Counted from the stretch's first letter, positions 20,062 to 30,826 are shown. The stretch is 64,000 bases of DNA from Candidatus Marinacidobacterales bacterium (GCA_965224085.1 CBDCYI010000005.1:384001-448000); one strand, 5' to 3'. The notes: generated by a model from the letters alone, not told the origin. Numbers and translations are program-made.

Positions 20062-21216
20062 ATGCACAGAGCTCCCGCGCCGACCGGTCTTCTGTTGGGT
20101 GCTTTGACCATCATCGCTTCCACTCTTGTCGCACAGCCGACGTTCCAAGCAATCCCCGAAACGACGCTTCTCGCCGGCTCCCCAATCCACATCCCTCTCG
20201 ATGGACAGAATCCGAGCAGCCAAACCTTGAGCTTTACAGCGGTCTCGAGCGATCCGCTCGTCACGCCGACCGTGCTGACCGGCAATCGCAGCCTTCGTAT
20301 TCACGTCGCCAATTACGGTGTCATGGTCTTCGAGCTTTTTGACGGGCGCGCTCGCCGCGCAACGAATCGCATCGTGGCGCTCGGGACTAGCGGTTTCTAC
20401 AACGGGGTCATTTTCCATCGCGTCATCAACGATTTCGTCCTACAAGGCGGAGACCCGACGGGAACCGGAAGCGGCGGCTCGCCCCTCGGGAGCTTCGACG
20501 ACCAATTCCACATCGATCTGCAGCACAACCGAACGGGTCTACTCTCGATGGCTAAATCGAGCGACGATTCGAACGATTCGCAGTTCTTCATCACGGAAGG
20601 GCCGCAGCGTCATCTCGACTTCAACCATTCCATCTTCGGGATTCTGGTGGAAGGAGAGGCCGTCCGTCAGAGGATTAGTAATGTAGCGACCGGTCCAGAT
20701 GATCGCCCAGTTGTGGATGTCGTGATGGAGTCCGTCGAATCTTTCACCGATACCCAAAACGCCGTGCTCATGCTGAAAGCTCCCGAAGGAGCGACCGGGG
20801 CCGTTGACATTACCGTCACTGTTCAAAACGCATCCGGCGCGCAGACGCAGCAAGCCTTCCGCGTGAATGTCACGCCGGACCTCGTCAACAGCCCGCCTTT
20901 TCTCGAAGACATTGCAGACATCAAAACACCGGTGAATACCGCCGTAACCTATCAGCTCACGGCCCGGGATGTTGAAGGAGATCCCGCTCTGTTTCTAGAC
21001 CAGAACAGCATGGCGGCGAACGGGCTACAAGTTCCGGTGGTCGCCAACGAGAACCTGCAATATGTCGTCGACTTCGATACCGGGCTCATGACGGTAACAC
21101 CGACGGGCGGCCTGAGCGGAAGGCATTCGATCTCCGTCGCCACGGCAATGAGTGCAGATGCCGTCGACTATCAAGTGGTCCCAGTCATGATTGGCCCCCC
21201 GCTCGAGAATCCCTAG
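20062..21216 (+). CDS. Secreted cyclophilin-type peptidyl-prolyl isomerase with Ig-like domains
   Basis: FYNGVIFHRVINDFVLQGGDPTGTGSGG, LSMAKS, SQFFIT, HLDFNHSIFG; signal peptide. Confidence 0.9.
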   Translation: MHRAPAPTGLLLGALTIIASTLVAQPTFQAIPETTLLAGSPIHIPLDGQNPSSQTLSFTAVSSDPLVTPTVLTGNRSLRIHVANYGVMVFELFDGRARRATNRIVALGTSGFYNGVIFHRVINDFVLQGGDPTGTGSGGSPLGSFDDQFHIDLQHNRTGLLSMAKSSDDSNDSQFFITEGPQRHLDFNHSIFGILVEGEAVRQRISNVATGPDDRPVVDVVMESVESFTDTQNAVLMLKAPEGATGAVDITVTVQNASGAQTQQAFRVNVTPDLVNSPPFLEDIADIKTPVNTAVTYQLTARDVEGDPALFLDQNSMAANGLQVPVVANENLQYVVDFDTGLMTVTPTGGLSGRHSISVATAMSADAVDYQVVPVMIGPPLENP

Positions 21217-21229
21217 CCGGCGCCGAAAC

Positions 21230-21250
21230 AAAGGCTCTATCAGCCTTTTC
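21230..21250 (+). terminator. Possible intrinsic terminator between convergent genes
   Basis: aaaggct-ctatc-agccttttc. Confidence 0.45.
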
Positions 21251-21312
21251 TTGAGAAAAAACAAGTGCTAGCACGCACGTGATGCGAAACCAGTTAGATG
21301 GATCCGTACGGC

Positions 21313-22332
21313 TCAAGTCAACCTCACGTCGCGCCCCCAATTCCCGCGTAAATGACGTCCCCCGAGCAACGATAGTAGCGAATGATAAAGCCAAGTCACG
21401 CCGACAAGCAGGAAGGCGGGTGCGAAGGTCCAGGGTTCGGCGGCAAGGAGGCTCCCCCGTGGCAGATCGGCCAGCATATTGCCCCAACTCGGCAGGGGCT
21501 CGCCGACGCCGAGGCCCACGAAGGAAAGCGTGACTTCGGCGAGCATGTAGGCGGGCACGAGCAAGGTCGCTTGGATCGCTATCGAGCTATAAGCCTGTGG
21601 GAGCACGTGGCGCCGGAGTAGGTGGACGTGCCCGGCGCCGGCGCCCCGGGAGGCATCGACATATTCGCGCGCGCGCGCGCTCAACACGATGCCGCGCACG
21701 ATCCGCGTCGGCGCCGGCCATCCCAAAAGGCCGAGAAGCACGACGACTACAAAAAACGCCGTCCCAGGCGCCATGTCGAGGGGGAGAAAAGCGCGCGCGG
21801 CGAGAAGCATGTAAATCCAAGGCAAGCTCAGGAACACGTCCACGAGTCTCATGATCGCAGAGTCGATGAAGCCGCCGAAATAGCCGGCGAGCGATCCAAG
21901 ACTCAGGGCTGTCGTGAGAGCGAGCGCCGCAGCGACGAAGCCCGCTGACAGCGACACTTGTGCGCCGACGACGAGCCGCGAAAAATAATCGCGCCCGAGA
22001 GCATCGGTACCAAGAAGAAAGACGCGATGAGGCTCATCGACGCCGTAGAGATGTAAGTCCGATCCGAACAGACCCAAAACGGAATATGAGCTACCGCGAA
22101 CGAAGAAGCGAAGCGGCACCAAAGCGCCGCCCGCGAGCGGGCTCTCGACCGAAGGCCGCAGATGCCACGCGCCGCTCCCATCAACCCATCGCAGCTTGGT
22201 CGGCGACGCGAGAGGCACCTCACGATTCTGCTCACGGTAGGAGTAAGGCGAGAAGAACCCTGCGAGGATCGCGACTCCATGAATCGACAGCAAGAGCAAC
22301 AGGAGTGCTGTGAGCTTGGTGTCGTGCCTCAT
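21313..22332 (-). CDS. Peptide ABC transporter permease (OppC/DppC-like)
   Basis: LLGTDALGRDYFSRL, EYVDASRGAGA loop, PLPSWGNML. Confidence 0.9.
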   Translation of the reverse strand: MRHDTKLTALLLLLLSIHGVAILAGFFSPYSYREQNREVPLASPTKLRWVDGSGAWHLRPSVESPLAGGALVPLRFFVRGSSYSVLGLFGSDLHLYGVDEPHRVFLLGTDALGRDYFSRLVVGAQVSLSAGFVAAALALTTALSLGSLAGYFGGFIDSAIMRLVDVFLSLPWIYMLLAARAFLPLDMAPGTAFFVVVVLLGLLGWPAPTRIVRGIVLSARAREYVDASRGAGAGHVHLLRRHVLPQAYSSIAIQATLLVPAYMLAEVTLSFVGLGVGEPLPSWGNMLADLPRGSLLAAEPWTFAPAFLLVGVTWLYHSLLSLLGGRHLRGNWGRDVRLT

Positions 22333-23294
22333 CGCGCCGCCATCCTGGGATCGTTGAGGTAGAGAACGATGTCTGTCAGAAGACCACCGGCGATGACGAG
22401 CACCGCCGAGCACATCACGCCGCCGATAACGACATGGACGTCGCGCGCGCGGATCGCCTCGAGAAGAAACGGCCCTAGCCCCGGCCAGCCCATCACGACC
22501 TCGACGATGAAGGAACCGCTGAGAAGTGACGCGACGGACAGGCCCGCAATCGAGATCAGAGGATTCGCGGCGGGACGTAAGACGTGGTGGAGCACGAGCC
22601 TTCGTTCGGTGACGCCGAGAGCGCGCGCGTTCCAGACGAACGTCTCTTCCATCACGTCTTCGACCGCCGCTTTAACGTGGCGCACAAGCACCGCAAAGGC
22701 GGGGAGTGCTAAGGTCGTAACCGGAAGCACGAGATGCCACAAAAGGTCGCGCGTACGTCCCAAAGTCGAAAGATCGTCGGCGCCGATCGAGCGCATCCCT
22801 CCAATGGGAAAGGCCCCCGACCGCTCTGCGAGCACGAGCAGAGTAAGCCCCAAGATGAGCTCGGGAAAGCCGAGGATGACGGAAGTAAGAAACCCCATGG
22901 AATGAACGGCCGTGCTCCGGCGCGTGGCCCACCACACGCCAACGGGCAAAGCGAGTGCCCAGGCCACGGCGGCCGCGCTCGCGCCGAGCACGAGCGTATT
23001 GATGGCGCGTCCCCACACGAGCGGTGCCACCGCGATGCCGTAAGCGAACGAAAAACCCCACGTGCCCGTGACGACCGCACCAAGCCACGTCCAATAGCGC
23101 TCCACGAAAGGGCGGTCGAGGCCGTATTGAACGCGCATCGCCTCGAGTGTTTCCTGGGAAATCTGCGGGCTGAGCCGCATACGATCCAGATAATCTCCCG
23201 GCGCAAGCTCGAGAAACAGAAACGCCAGGATCGACACCGCGAAAAGCGCGAAAAGCGCTTGGGCTATGCGACCGATCCAGAAATTCACGGTCAC
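22329..23294 (-). CDS. Peptide ABC transporter permease (OppB/DppB-like)
   Basis: LAPGDY, YGLDRPFVERY, ARALGV, GSFIVEVVMGWPGLG; GTG start overlaps the thiolase stop. Confidence 0.9.
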   Translation of the reverse strand: MTVNFWIGRIAQALFALFAVSILAFLFLELAPGDYLDRMRLSPQISQETLEAMRVQYGLDRPFVERYWTWLGAVVTGTWGFSFAYGIAVAPLVWGRAINTLVLGASAAAVAWALALPVGVWWATRRSTAVHSMGFLTSVILGFPELILGLTLLVLAERSGAFPIGGMRSIGADDLSTLGRTRDLLWHLVLPVTTLALPAFAVLVRHVKAAVEDVMEETFVWNARALGVTERRLVLHHVLRPAANPLISIAGLSVASLLSGSFIVEVVMGWPGLGPFLLEAIRARDVHVVIGGVMCSAVLVIAGGLLTDIVLYLNDPRMAAR

Positions 23295-24408
23295 TAGCGT
23301 TCGAGAATCATGGCGCCGGCCATGCCGCCGGCAGCACAAATACTCACAAGTCCCAGGTTCTTGTCGCGGCGTGCCATTTCGTTCGCAAGCGTCGTCACGA
23401 TCCGCCCACCGGTCGCGGCCCACGGATGCCCGATCGCAATCGAGCTTCCGTTCACGTTCACGCGATCCCAATCGACGGGCCCGGTCGGCTCCCCTTTCCA
23501 CCCCTTCTCCCACGCCGCCGCGTTCGCGAGAACTTGAGCGCCGAACGCTTCGTGCATCTCGATCAAGTCGATCTCCGACAGTTTTAGTTCGCTCTGTGAC
23601 AGTGCGCGCGGCACGGCGATGGCGGGCGCCATGAGCAGTCCTTCGGATGGATCGAGTGCCGCGAAGGCCATCGTACGGATGAAAGCAAGCGGCTCCAGGT
23701 TGTCGCTGCGCGCCCTCTCCTCGCTCATCAGCAGAACCGCGGACGCGCCGTCCGTCACCGGCGAGGAGTTGCCCGCGGTGAGCATGCCTTCGGGATCGAA
23801 GACGGGCCGGAGCCCGGCAAGCGCTTCGATCGAAGTATCGGCTCGCGGGCCGGAATCGGCGTCGATGCCGAGCACCGGGCAAATTTCTGCAGCGAGCTTG
23901 CCCCGCGCAGCGACCGCGTGGCGATGGCTCGCGAGAGCAATCTCGTCTTGACGGTCTCGAGAAATGTCCCACGCCTTGCGCGTCAGCTCGGTGTGCTCTC
24001 CCATGCTGAGCCCCGTCGAGGGCTCTTTGAACGTGCTCGGATCCGAGTGATACTGCATCACCGGTCTCCGCACGATTGCGAGCGTGGCCGAAGCCATCGC
24101 AACCGGCCGGATCGCATGCGGTATTGCGGGAGGCGTGGACTCTCTATCTAGGATGAGATCGTTTGCGCTTCGATATGGCTCGGAAGCCCTTCCTCGAAGA
24201 CGATCTCGCGTGCGAGATTGGGCTTGCCTCGTTCGGGAACAACAACGCCGAATGCGAGAGACTCGACGGCTTCCGCGTCGAGGCCTTGCTTGTTTAGGAG
24301 AGCGCGTACCGACTCCCGCGCCAGGCGCAAGGGGCCGAGATCCTTGAACGCTTTTCCCGATTTGACGAACGGGGTTCTCATACCGGAAACGACAGCGACT
24401 CGGTTCAT
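23294..24408 (-). pseudogene. Acetyl-CoA C-acyltransferase (thiolase) disrupted by an internal ~100-bp inversion (24051-24150)
   Basis: N-terminus MNRVAVVSGMRTPFVK...QTISS; YCITGL...IAGGVDSLS lies on the opposite strand; C-terminal MHEAF, GHPWAATG, SICAAGG. Confidence 0.88.
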
Positions 24409-25755
24409 ACTTGTCTGCTCTCTATTCACACGTTGCTCGGGTCTTTGACCGGCCTTTATATAGGTAAGATAGCGCTCCAGAGAACGGATGCCCTCGGGAA
24501 TCAAAGGACACGTCCTGCGCACGAAGTCTTCTCGTTCGGCTGTCGTCGAAGGCGGGCATCGACGCCACTCGGCAAGAGCGGCGTCCCCATCATAGTCGAT
24601 GTAACTACAGCGGAAGGCAAGCTCGCCGTCATCGAGGAGCAAAGCGCTCCCGGGGAGCATGGCCGTATGCTCCACGTGCAACACATGCTCGGCGACCGCG
24701 GCGCTCGTGTCCAGACCCATCTTCGTGAAAGCGTCGCGGTCACGCCCGAGATCGACGAACAGATAGAAAGCACCTTCGGGCGCGCGTGTTTCGAAGCCGC
24801 CAGTAGAGAAGAGCGCGGACGCGACGCCCGCGACCGCGCGGTTCACCGCTCGGCAATCGCGGATGGTGCTCTCGACGTCGTCGTCGAGCGCGTAGGCATG
24901 GATGGCGGCATGTTGGATGGGTGCAGCAACCGAAGAATAGGTCGCGCCGGCGATCTTCAAGACGTCGCTCAACAACTGCTTCTCACGTGCCGGAAAAAGG
25001 CCGATACCAACGCGATAGCCTCCCGCGCCGCGATCTTTCGAGAGGCCACCCGTGACGATCGTACCCTCGGGATAAACTTCGCCCATGCTCGTGAAAGCTT
25101 CGGGGTCGAACGCTGTCAGCGCATAGATTTCATCAGAAATCACGACAACGCCATGCGTTCGACAGACCTCCGCGAGCGTCTCGAGCTCGCCGCGGGCATA
25201 GACAGCACCCGTCGGATTGTGCGGGTGGTTCAAAATGAGGATCGATGGCGAGCCCGCCGCTTTCTCGATCCCGTGGCCTAGGCGCTCAGGCGTCAGCTTG
25301 AAGCCTTCCGAAGCGTGCAATCGCAACGGAACGATTTCCTTTCGCAATATTGCCGCTTGCGGCATGTAGCTCACCCACGACGGGATGGGCACGAGGACAG
25401 AGCCCTCGAGAGCGGCCAAAAGCATCGCGATCATTTCCTTACTGCCCGGGCTCACGACAATCTGCTCCGGTGCTACCGTCATTCGAAAATGGTGCTCGTA
25501 GTAGCGAGCTATTGTTTCGCGGAGGGCGGGAAGACCTGCGGTCGGTAGATAGCCATGCTCGCCGGCATGTGCCCGCAGTGCTTCAACCACGGAAGGTGGC
25601 GGCGAGAAAGGCGACTGCCCGAAAGCGAAGTGGTGATAGGGCCGTTTGCAGCCCATGCGGCGGCACGCTTCTCGAAATCGCTGAATCTGATCGTTGATGC
25701 GCAGATTAGCTGGAATTTCGACGGCAGCGAGGTGGGCTTCGGTACGCACGGTCAT
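24409..25755 (-). CDS. PLP-dependent class I/II aminotransferase, in frame with the thiolase (no stop between)
   Basis: GLPALRETIA, SPGSK, NHPHNPTG, VISDEIY, GLSKDRGAGGYRVG. Confidence 0.85.
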
Positions 25756-25816
25756 CTCGATCCTGCCTGTATCATACGACGTCTCGTTGGCCACAATGAT
25801 AAAGTAGTTCACCACC

Positions 25817-27208
25817 ATGCCGGATTCAGAAGCCTACGACGCCATCATCATCGGAACGGGGCAAGCCGGCAAACCGCTCGCCAAATCCCTCGCTAAATCC
25901 GGAAAGAAGACAGCCATCATCGAGCGCGACGACAGGGTTGGCGGCTCCTGCGTCGTCTACGGCTGCACTCCGACCAAGACGATGGTCGCGAGCGCGCGGG
26001 TGGCTCACTTGGCCCGGCGTGCGAGTGATTACGGCGTGCGCACCGGCGCTAGCACCATCAGTGTCGAGCTCGACCGCGTGCGTGAGCGCAAGCGCGCCAT
26101 CGTAGATCTCTTCAGCGACGGTAGCCGCAAAGGTCTCGAGCGAGAAGAGAACATCAAGTTGATCTTCGGCGAAGCGCGTTTTACGGACGCGCACCGCATC
26201 GCGATCGGAGACGAGCTCGAGCTCACCGCTCCTTGGATCTTCATCAATACGGGTACGAAGCCCACGGTCCCGGACATAGAAGGTCTGGCCGATATCCGGT
26301 TTCTGACGTCGGGGACCGTGATGGAGCTAGACACCGTTCCCGAGCACCTCGTCATTCTTGGTGGCGGGTATATCGGGGTCGAGTTCGGCCAGATGTTTCG
26401 CCGCTTCGGAAGTGCCGTGACGATCGTGCAACGCGGCCGTCAGCTCCTCCCGCGGGAAGACGAAGACGTCGCGGATGCGATACTCGAGATCTTTCGCGAG
26501 GACGGCATCGACGTTTTGCTCGAGGCGACCGTCACAGGAGTGGCGCGCGACGGCGAAGGCGCCACTTCGATTACGGTGGAGACCGAAAACGGAACACGGG
26601 TCCTCGAAGCGCCAGAGCTGCTCGTCGCCGCCGGCAGAACGCCCAACACCGGTGCTCTGTCCCCTCGAGCGGCGGGGATCGAGCTCGACGCGCGCGGCTT
26701 CATCCCCGTGAACGACAATCTCGAAACGAGTGTCGACGGGATCTATGCGCTCGGTGACGTGACCGGAGGCCCTGCCTTCACCCATATTTCCTACGATGAC
26801 TACCGCATCGTCGAAGCCAACCTTCTCCATGACGGCGATGCGAGCACAGCGGGACGGCTCGTCCCTTATGCCGTGTTCATGGATCCTGAGCTCGGTCGCG
26901 TGGGCCTGAGCGAGCGCGAAGCCGAGAAGCTCGGCATCTCCTACGAGGTCGTCAAAATGCCAATGAGCCATATCGCCCGCGCGATCGAGATGGACGAGAC
27001 CCGCGGCTTCATGAAAGCGCTCGTCGACCCGAAGACGAAGCAGATTCTCGGCTGTGCCATTCTCGGCATCGGCGGCGGCGAGATCATGTCGGTCCTGCAA
27101 GTCGCCATGATGGGTCAGGTTCCTTACACCTCGATCCAAAACGGTGTGTTTGCCCACCCCACGCTCGCGGAATCCCTCAATAATCTCTTTATGCGGCTCG
27201 GCGGATGA
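25817..27208 (+). CDS. Flavoprotein disulfide reductase (MerA/RclA-like, no C-terminal Cys pair)
   Basis: [39 protein letters not shown]. Confidence 0.88.
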   Translation: MPDSEAYDAIIIGTGQAGKPLAKSLAKSGKKTAIIERDDRVGGSCVVYGCTPTKTMVASARVAHLARRASDYGVRTGASTISVELDRVRERKRAIVDLFSDGSRKGLEREENIKLIFGEARFTDAHRIAIGDELELTAPWIFINTGTKPTVPDIEGLADIRFLTSGTVMELDTVPEHLVILGGGYIGVEFGQMFRRFGSAVTIVQRGRQLLPREDEDVADAILEIFREDGIDVLLEATVTGVARDGEGATSITVETENGTRVLEAPELLVAAGRTPNTGALSPRAAGIELDARGFIPVNDNLETSVDGIYALGDVTGGPAFTHISYDDYRIVEANLLHDGDASTAGRLVPYAVFMDPELGRVGLSEREAEKLGISYEVVKMPMSHIARAIEMDETRGFMKALVDPKTKQILGCAILGIGGGEIMSVLQVAMMGQVPYTSIQNGVFAHPTLAESLNNLFMRLGG

Positions 27209-27302
27209 ATGAACAACGTGTGAAGGCCGCCATAGACGACACACCCCAACTTTTCCGATCATCGATAGGCAGAGGTGATGATGAGGATTGGCTTGGGCGA
27301 TA

Positions 27303-27896
27303 ATGACGGCCGTAGTGAGCGAGAGCGCACCCGTCGATTCAGAGATCAGCGAGCTCATGGTGCACTATCAGGCCGGGCAGCTCAAAGCGTTCGATGCGCT
27401 CTACGCGAAGCTTGCGCCCAAGCTGCGCGGATTTCTGTCGTCTCTCACCTACAACGCTTCCCTGACAGAGGATCTGCTACAAGAAACGTTCTTGCAAATC
27501 CATCGTTCGCGCCATACCTATACGCCCCCACGACCGGTCGGGCCCTGGGCCTTAGCCATCGCGCGTCACGTGTTCCTGATGCATCGACGCGCTTCCGCGC
27601 GCCGGTACAGGGTGGAAACGGGCGCACTCGAGCAGCTCCCCGAAGTGCCGGTGCCGCCCGCCATGGAGCAGCTCGGCTCGCACCGCGACGTGTGGAGAGC
27701 ACTCGCGGAGCTTTCGGACGACCGGCGCGAGGCGGTGTTGCTGCACCACGTCTGGGGATTCACCTTCGGAGAGATCGGCGCCATGCTCGGCATCCGGGCG
27801 GGCACGGCGAAGCTAAGAGCGCATCGCGCGCTCGGCGCGCTGCGGACACTCTTGGCATCTCCGGACGAACGAGGGGCGGCAAGTGATCCAAGATAG
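27303..27896 (+). CDS. ECF RNA polymerase sigma factor
   Basis: EDLLQETFL, region 4 (REAVLL...FGEIGAMLGI..GTAKLRAHRA); start uncertain (27288/27303). Confidence 0.9.
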   Translation: MTAVVSESAPVDSEISELMVHYQAGQLKAFDALYAKLAPKLRGFLSSLTYNASLTEDLLQETFLQIHRSRHTYTPPRPVGPWALAIARHVFLMHRRASARRYRVETGALEQLPEVPVPPAMEQLGSHRDVWRALAELSDDRREAVLLHHVWGFTFGEIGAMLGIRAGTAKLRAHRALGALRTLLASPDERGAASDPR

Positions 27897-28554
27897 CTCT
27901 TTCGAGAGGATCCGTCGTGAAGTGGCGCAGGACCTGAAGCCGGTGCGCCCACTCCGCCCCGCTTGGGCGAGTGCTTTGATTGCGTTTCCGGTGGCGCTTT
28001 TCTTGTTAAGCCTCGTGCTTATGGTCTACGGGCTTCGCGGCGACGCGGCCGCAATCCGGGCCGTCCCTCTCTGGGTCCCGGCGAGCCTGGCGGTGGCCGC
28101 GGCTTACGCCGTGCTCGTGCTCGCACTCATTCAGCGCGCGCCCGAGTCGACCGTCAGTTGGACTTGGTGGGTCGCGCTCCCGCTCGCCGCCATCGTGTTC
28201 CAGGTCGGAAGCGCTTACTGGACGCTCGCGCATAGCGGCTTCCCAACCTCCGTGCGCTGGCAGGCGGAAGCGATGTGCTTCTGGCGCATCTCGATTCTCG
28301 GTTTGCCGCCGGTGATCCTCGTGCTCGCGCTTTTGTCGCGTGGGTTGCCGCTTCGGCCCAAAGTCGCGGGGCTCCTCGGTGGTCTCGGCGGCGGGTTCAT
28401 CTCCGAGGGTGTCTATCGCCTTCACTGCGGCATGTCTCATCCGGGCCATATCGTGCCGTGGCATACAGGCGCGGTTCTCGTGATGGGACTTCTCGGCCTT
28501 CTCGCTGGCATGTGGTGGGAGCGCCAGCGCCTCCGGAGCGGAGCGGAGAGGTAA
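27883..28554 (+). CDS. NrsF/DUF1109-type membrane anti-sigma factor
   Basis: DLKPVRPL N-terminus, six TM segments, conserved Cys pair (MCF...YRLHC) and WH. Confidence 0.8.
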   Translation: MIQDSSFERIRREVAQDLKPVRPLRPAWASALIAFPVALFLLSLVLMVYGLRGDAAAIRAVPLWVPASLAVAAAYAVLVLALIQRAPESTVSWTWWVALPLAAIVFQVGSAYWTLAHSGFPTSVRWQAEAMCFWRISILGLPPVILVLALLSRGLPLRPKVAGLLGGLGGGFISEGVYRLHCGMSHPGHIVPWHTGAVLVMGLLGLLAGMWWERQRLRSGAER

Positions 28555-28598
28555 AACCTCTCCCAGCTTGTTAGAATCCCCTGTACTGGAGGTCCGCT

Positions 28599-29615
28599 GT
28601 GTCGAAACGCTTCACCCCAAGAATCCCGTCTCATGCGGTCACGCCCGAATCGGTCTTTCTTAGTCGGTTCGATCGGCGCCGCTTCATGACGGCCCTCGGA
28701 ATCGGACTCGCAACGGGCCCAAGTCTTTTCGCGGGCGAAAGCGAAGCCGAACTGCTCACACCGCCTTACGAGAACACGGATGTCTTCCCGGCGCCTCGTG
28801 ACGCTTCGTTCAAAGTACCCGAGGCGATCGAGCGCAAGGCGCTCACGGCCCGCGAAGTCGCCGCGTCGCACAACAATTTCTACGAGTTTCTACCCGGACG
28901 CGGCGGCCCCGTATGGCAGCACACGGCGGATTACGAAGTCGTGCCATGGAAGATCGAAGTGAAGGGTGAGTGCGCGAAGCCAGCGACCTTCGACCTCGAC
29001 GACCTTCTCGCTTTCGATCAGGAGGAGCGGATTTACCACTTCCGCTGCGTCGAGCGCTGGGCGATGAACGTTCCCTGGACGGGGTTTCCTCTCTCGAAGC
29101 TCCTGGCCAAAGTAGAGCCCAAAGACTCCGCCAAATATGTGAGCTTCGAGAGCGCGCTCAAACGGAACCAGATGCCCGGCGTCCGCGAAGCGGACTACTA
29201 TCCTTGGCCCTATCACGAGGGGCTCCAGATGGAAGAAGCGATGAACGCGCTCGCCATGGTGGTCACCGGCGTCTACGGGAAGCCTTTGCTCAAGCAGCAC
29301 GGCGCTCCTATCCGCATCACCGTCCCGTGGAAATACGGCTACAAGAACCCGAAAGCCATCGTAAAGATCGAACTCACGTCGAAGGAACCGCGCACGTTCT
29401 GGCAAATCCAGAAGCACGAATACGGCTTTATCTCGAACGTGAATCCCTATATCCCGCATCCGCGCTGGAGCCAGGCCACCTCACACTGGCTCGACAACCG
29501 GGAGCCCTTCCCGACGCCGATTTTCAACGGCTACGAGAGCTACGTCGCCGAGCTCTACCCGGATGAGCCGCGAACGCTTCATGAGCCGTTGAAACCGGGG
29601 CAGACCGCGAGATAA
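28599..29615 (+). CDS. msrP: Protein-methionine-sulfoxide reductase catalytic molybdopterin subunit
   Basis: VTPESVF, Tat RRRFM, NNFYEF, FRCVERWAMNVPWTG, GAPIRITVPWKYGYK, HPRWSQA. Confidence 0.93.
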   Translation: MSKRFTPRIPSHAVTPESVFLSRFDRRRFMTALGIGLATGPSLFAGESEAELLTPPYENTDVFPAPRDASFKVPEAIERKALTAREVAASHNNFYEFLPGRGGPVWQHTADYEVVPWKIEVKGECAKPATFDLDDLLAFDQEERIYHFRCVERWAMNVPWTGFPLSKLLAKVEPKDSAKYVSFESALKRNQMPGVREADYYPWPYHEGLQMEEAMNALAMVVTGVYGKPLLKQHGAPIRITVPWKYGYKNPKAIVKIELTSKEPRTFWQIQKHEYGFISNVNPYIPHPRWSQATSHWLDNREPFPTPIFNGYESYVAELYPDEPRTLHEPLKPGQTAR

Positions 29616-29692
29616 AAACGTCCTAGGCTGTAACCAAAGGCCTCCTCCCGGCAAACTACTCGACGAAAGCCGGATGCCGGCGTTCGGAGGAG

Positions 29693-30382
29693 ATGATGAA
29701 GCTACGACGAATGTTGGGCCTGCGCGATTTCACGTTGTTCGAGGATCTCGAGTCAGAAGAGATCACGGAGCTCGAATCACGCGGCCAGACGCGCATCGCC
29801 GAAAAAGGGCGTCTTTTGTATCTGCCGGGCGACCGTTCCGAGGCCGTCTTCTTTCTCGCCTCCGGACGCGTCAAGATCTCGAGGCTGTCCGACAACGGCA
29901 AGGAGCTCATCCTCGAGATCGTCGAGCCGGGTTCTTTTTTCGGGGAGACCGGCGTCCTCGACGAGGAGCCGCGCGAGACTGTGGCGGAAGTCCTCGAGCC
30001 GTCCACGTTTCACGCCGTGCCGGAAGCGACGTTCCGCTCGATGCTGCGACGCCGTACCAAGCTCTTGATGAAGCTCGCACAGCTGATGGGTCGACGTCAA
30101 AAGAAGCTCGAAAAACGCCTGATGGACGTCGTTTACAAAAATGCGCCGCAACGGCTCGCCGACTTACTGCTCGAGCTCAGCCAAGACTACGGCGTGCGAG
30201 ACAGCCGCGGCATTCTTCTCCGCATCAAGCTGAGCCAATCCGCACTTGGAAACCTCCTCGGCGTGAGCCGCGAGATCGTGAACCACACGTTCTCGGGCCT
30301 GAGGCGCCGGGGCGTCATCATCGTGGCGGAAGGCCGCGTCATCATTCAAGACCCGGATGCCCTCGCCGCACTGGCCGCTTGA
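29693..30382 (+). CDS. Crp/Fnr-family transcriptional regulator
   Basis: SGRVKIS, PGSFFGE, C-terminal HTH LGVSREIV. Confidence 0.92.
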   Translation: MMKLRRMLGLRDFTLFEDLESEEITELESRGQTRIAEKGRLLYLPGDRSEAVFFLASGRVKISRLSDNGKELILEIVEPGSFFGETGVLDEEPRETVAEVLEPSTFHAVPEATFRSMLRRRTKLLMKLAQLMGRRQKKLEKRLMDVVYKNAPQRLADLLLELSQDYGVRDSRGILLRIKLSQSALGNLLGVSREIVNHTFSGLRRRGVIIVAEGRVIIQDPDALAALAA

Positions 30383-30396
30383 GTTAGAATCCACCC

Positions 30397-30756
30397 GTGT
30401 TTTGGATACGGGTAGGAAGTGCACTCATGTTCTTGGCCGTAGCGCTCGGCGCCTTCGGGGCGCACGGCTTGCAAAAGCGGCTCTCCCCTGACATGCTCGC
30501 CATCTTCGAGACGGGCGTCCGCTACCACGTCTATCACGCACTCGCGCTGCTGGCGGTGGCGTGGGTTGCCGACAAGAACCCGGAAAGCTTCGCGAACGCC
30601 GCCGGCTGGGCCTTCACCCTCGGGATCGCCGTCTTTTCCGGAAGTCTCTACATTCTCAGTATCAGCGGCATACGCTGGCTCGGCGCGGTGACGCCTTTCG
30701 GCGGCGTCGCCTTGCTCGTCGGCTGGGTTTTGCTCTTTCTCGCCGCGGCTCGCTGA
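30397..30756 (+). CDS. DUF423 membrane protein (YgdD-like)
   Basis: ALGAFGAHGL, FSGSLY, LGAVTPFGG. Confidence 0.92.
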   Translation: MFWIRVGSALMFLAVALGAFGAHGLQKRLSPDMLAIFETGVRYHVYHALALLAVAWVADKNPESFANAAGWAFTLGIAVFSGSLYILSISGIRWLGAVTPFGGVALLVGWVLLFLAAAR

Positions 30757-30826
30757 GCCCAGCTACGTCCCTGGCTATCGGAGCTCGATGGGCTGGCAGC
30801 TGTAGACCGCGTCCTCTTGTTGCCTT

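Noticed and set aside
24051-24150. Canonical invertase-driven phase-variation switch
   Set aside because: No substantial flanking inverted repeats, no adjacent invertase, and simple re-inversion leaves a 2-nt frameshift; kept only as an inversion finding.
25817-27208. True mercuric reductase merA
   Set aside because: No C-terminal Cys-Cys pair, no NmerA domain and no mer operon genes.
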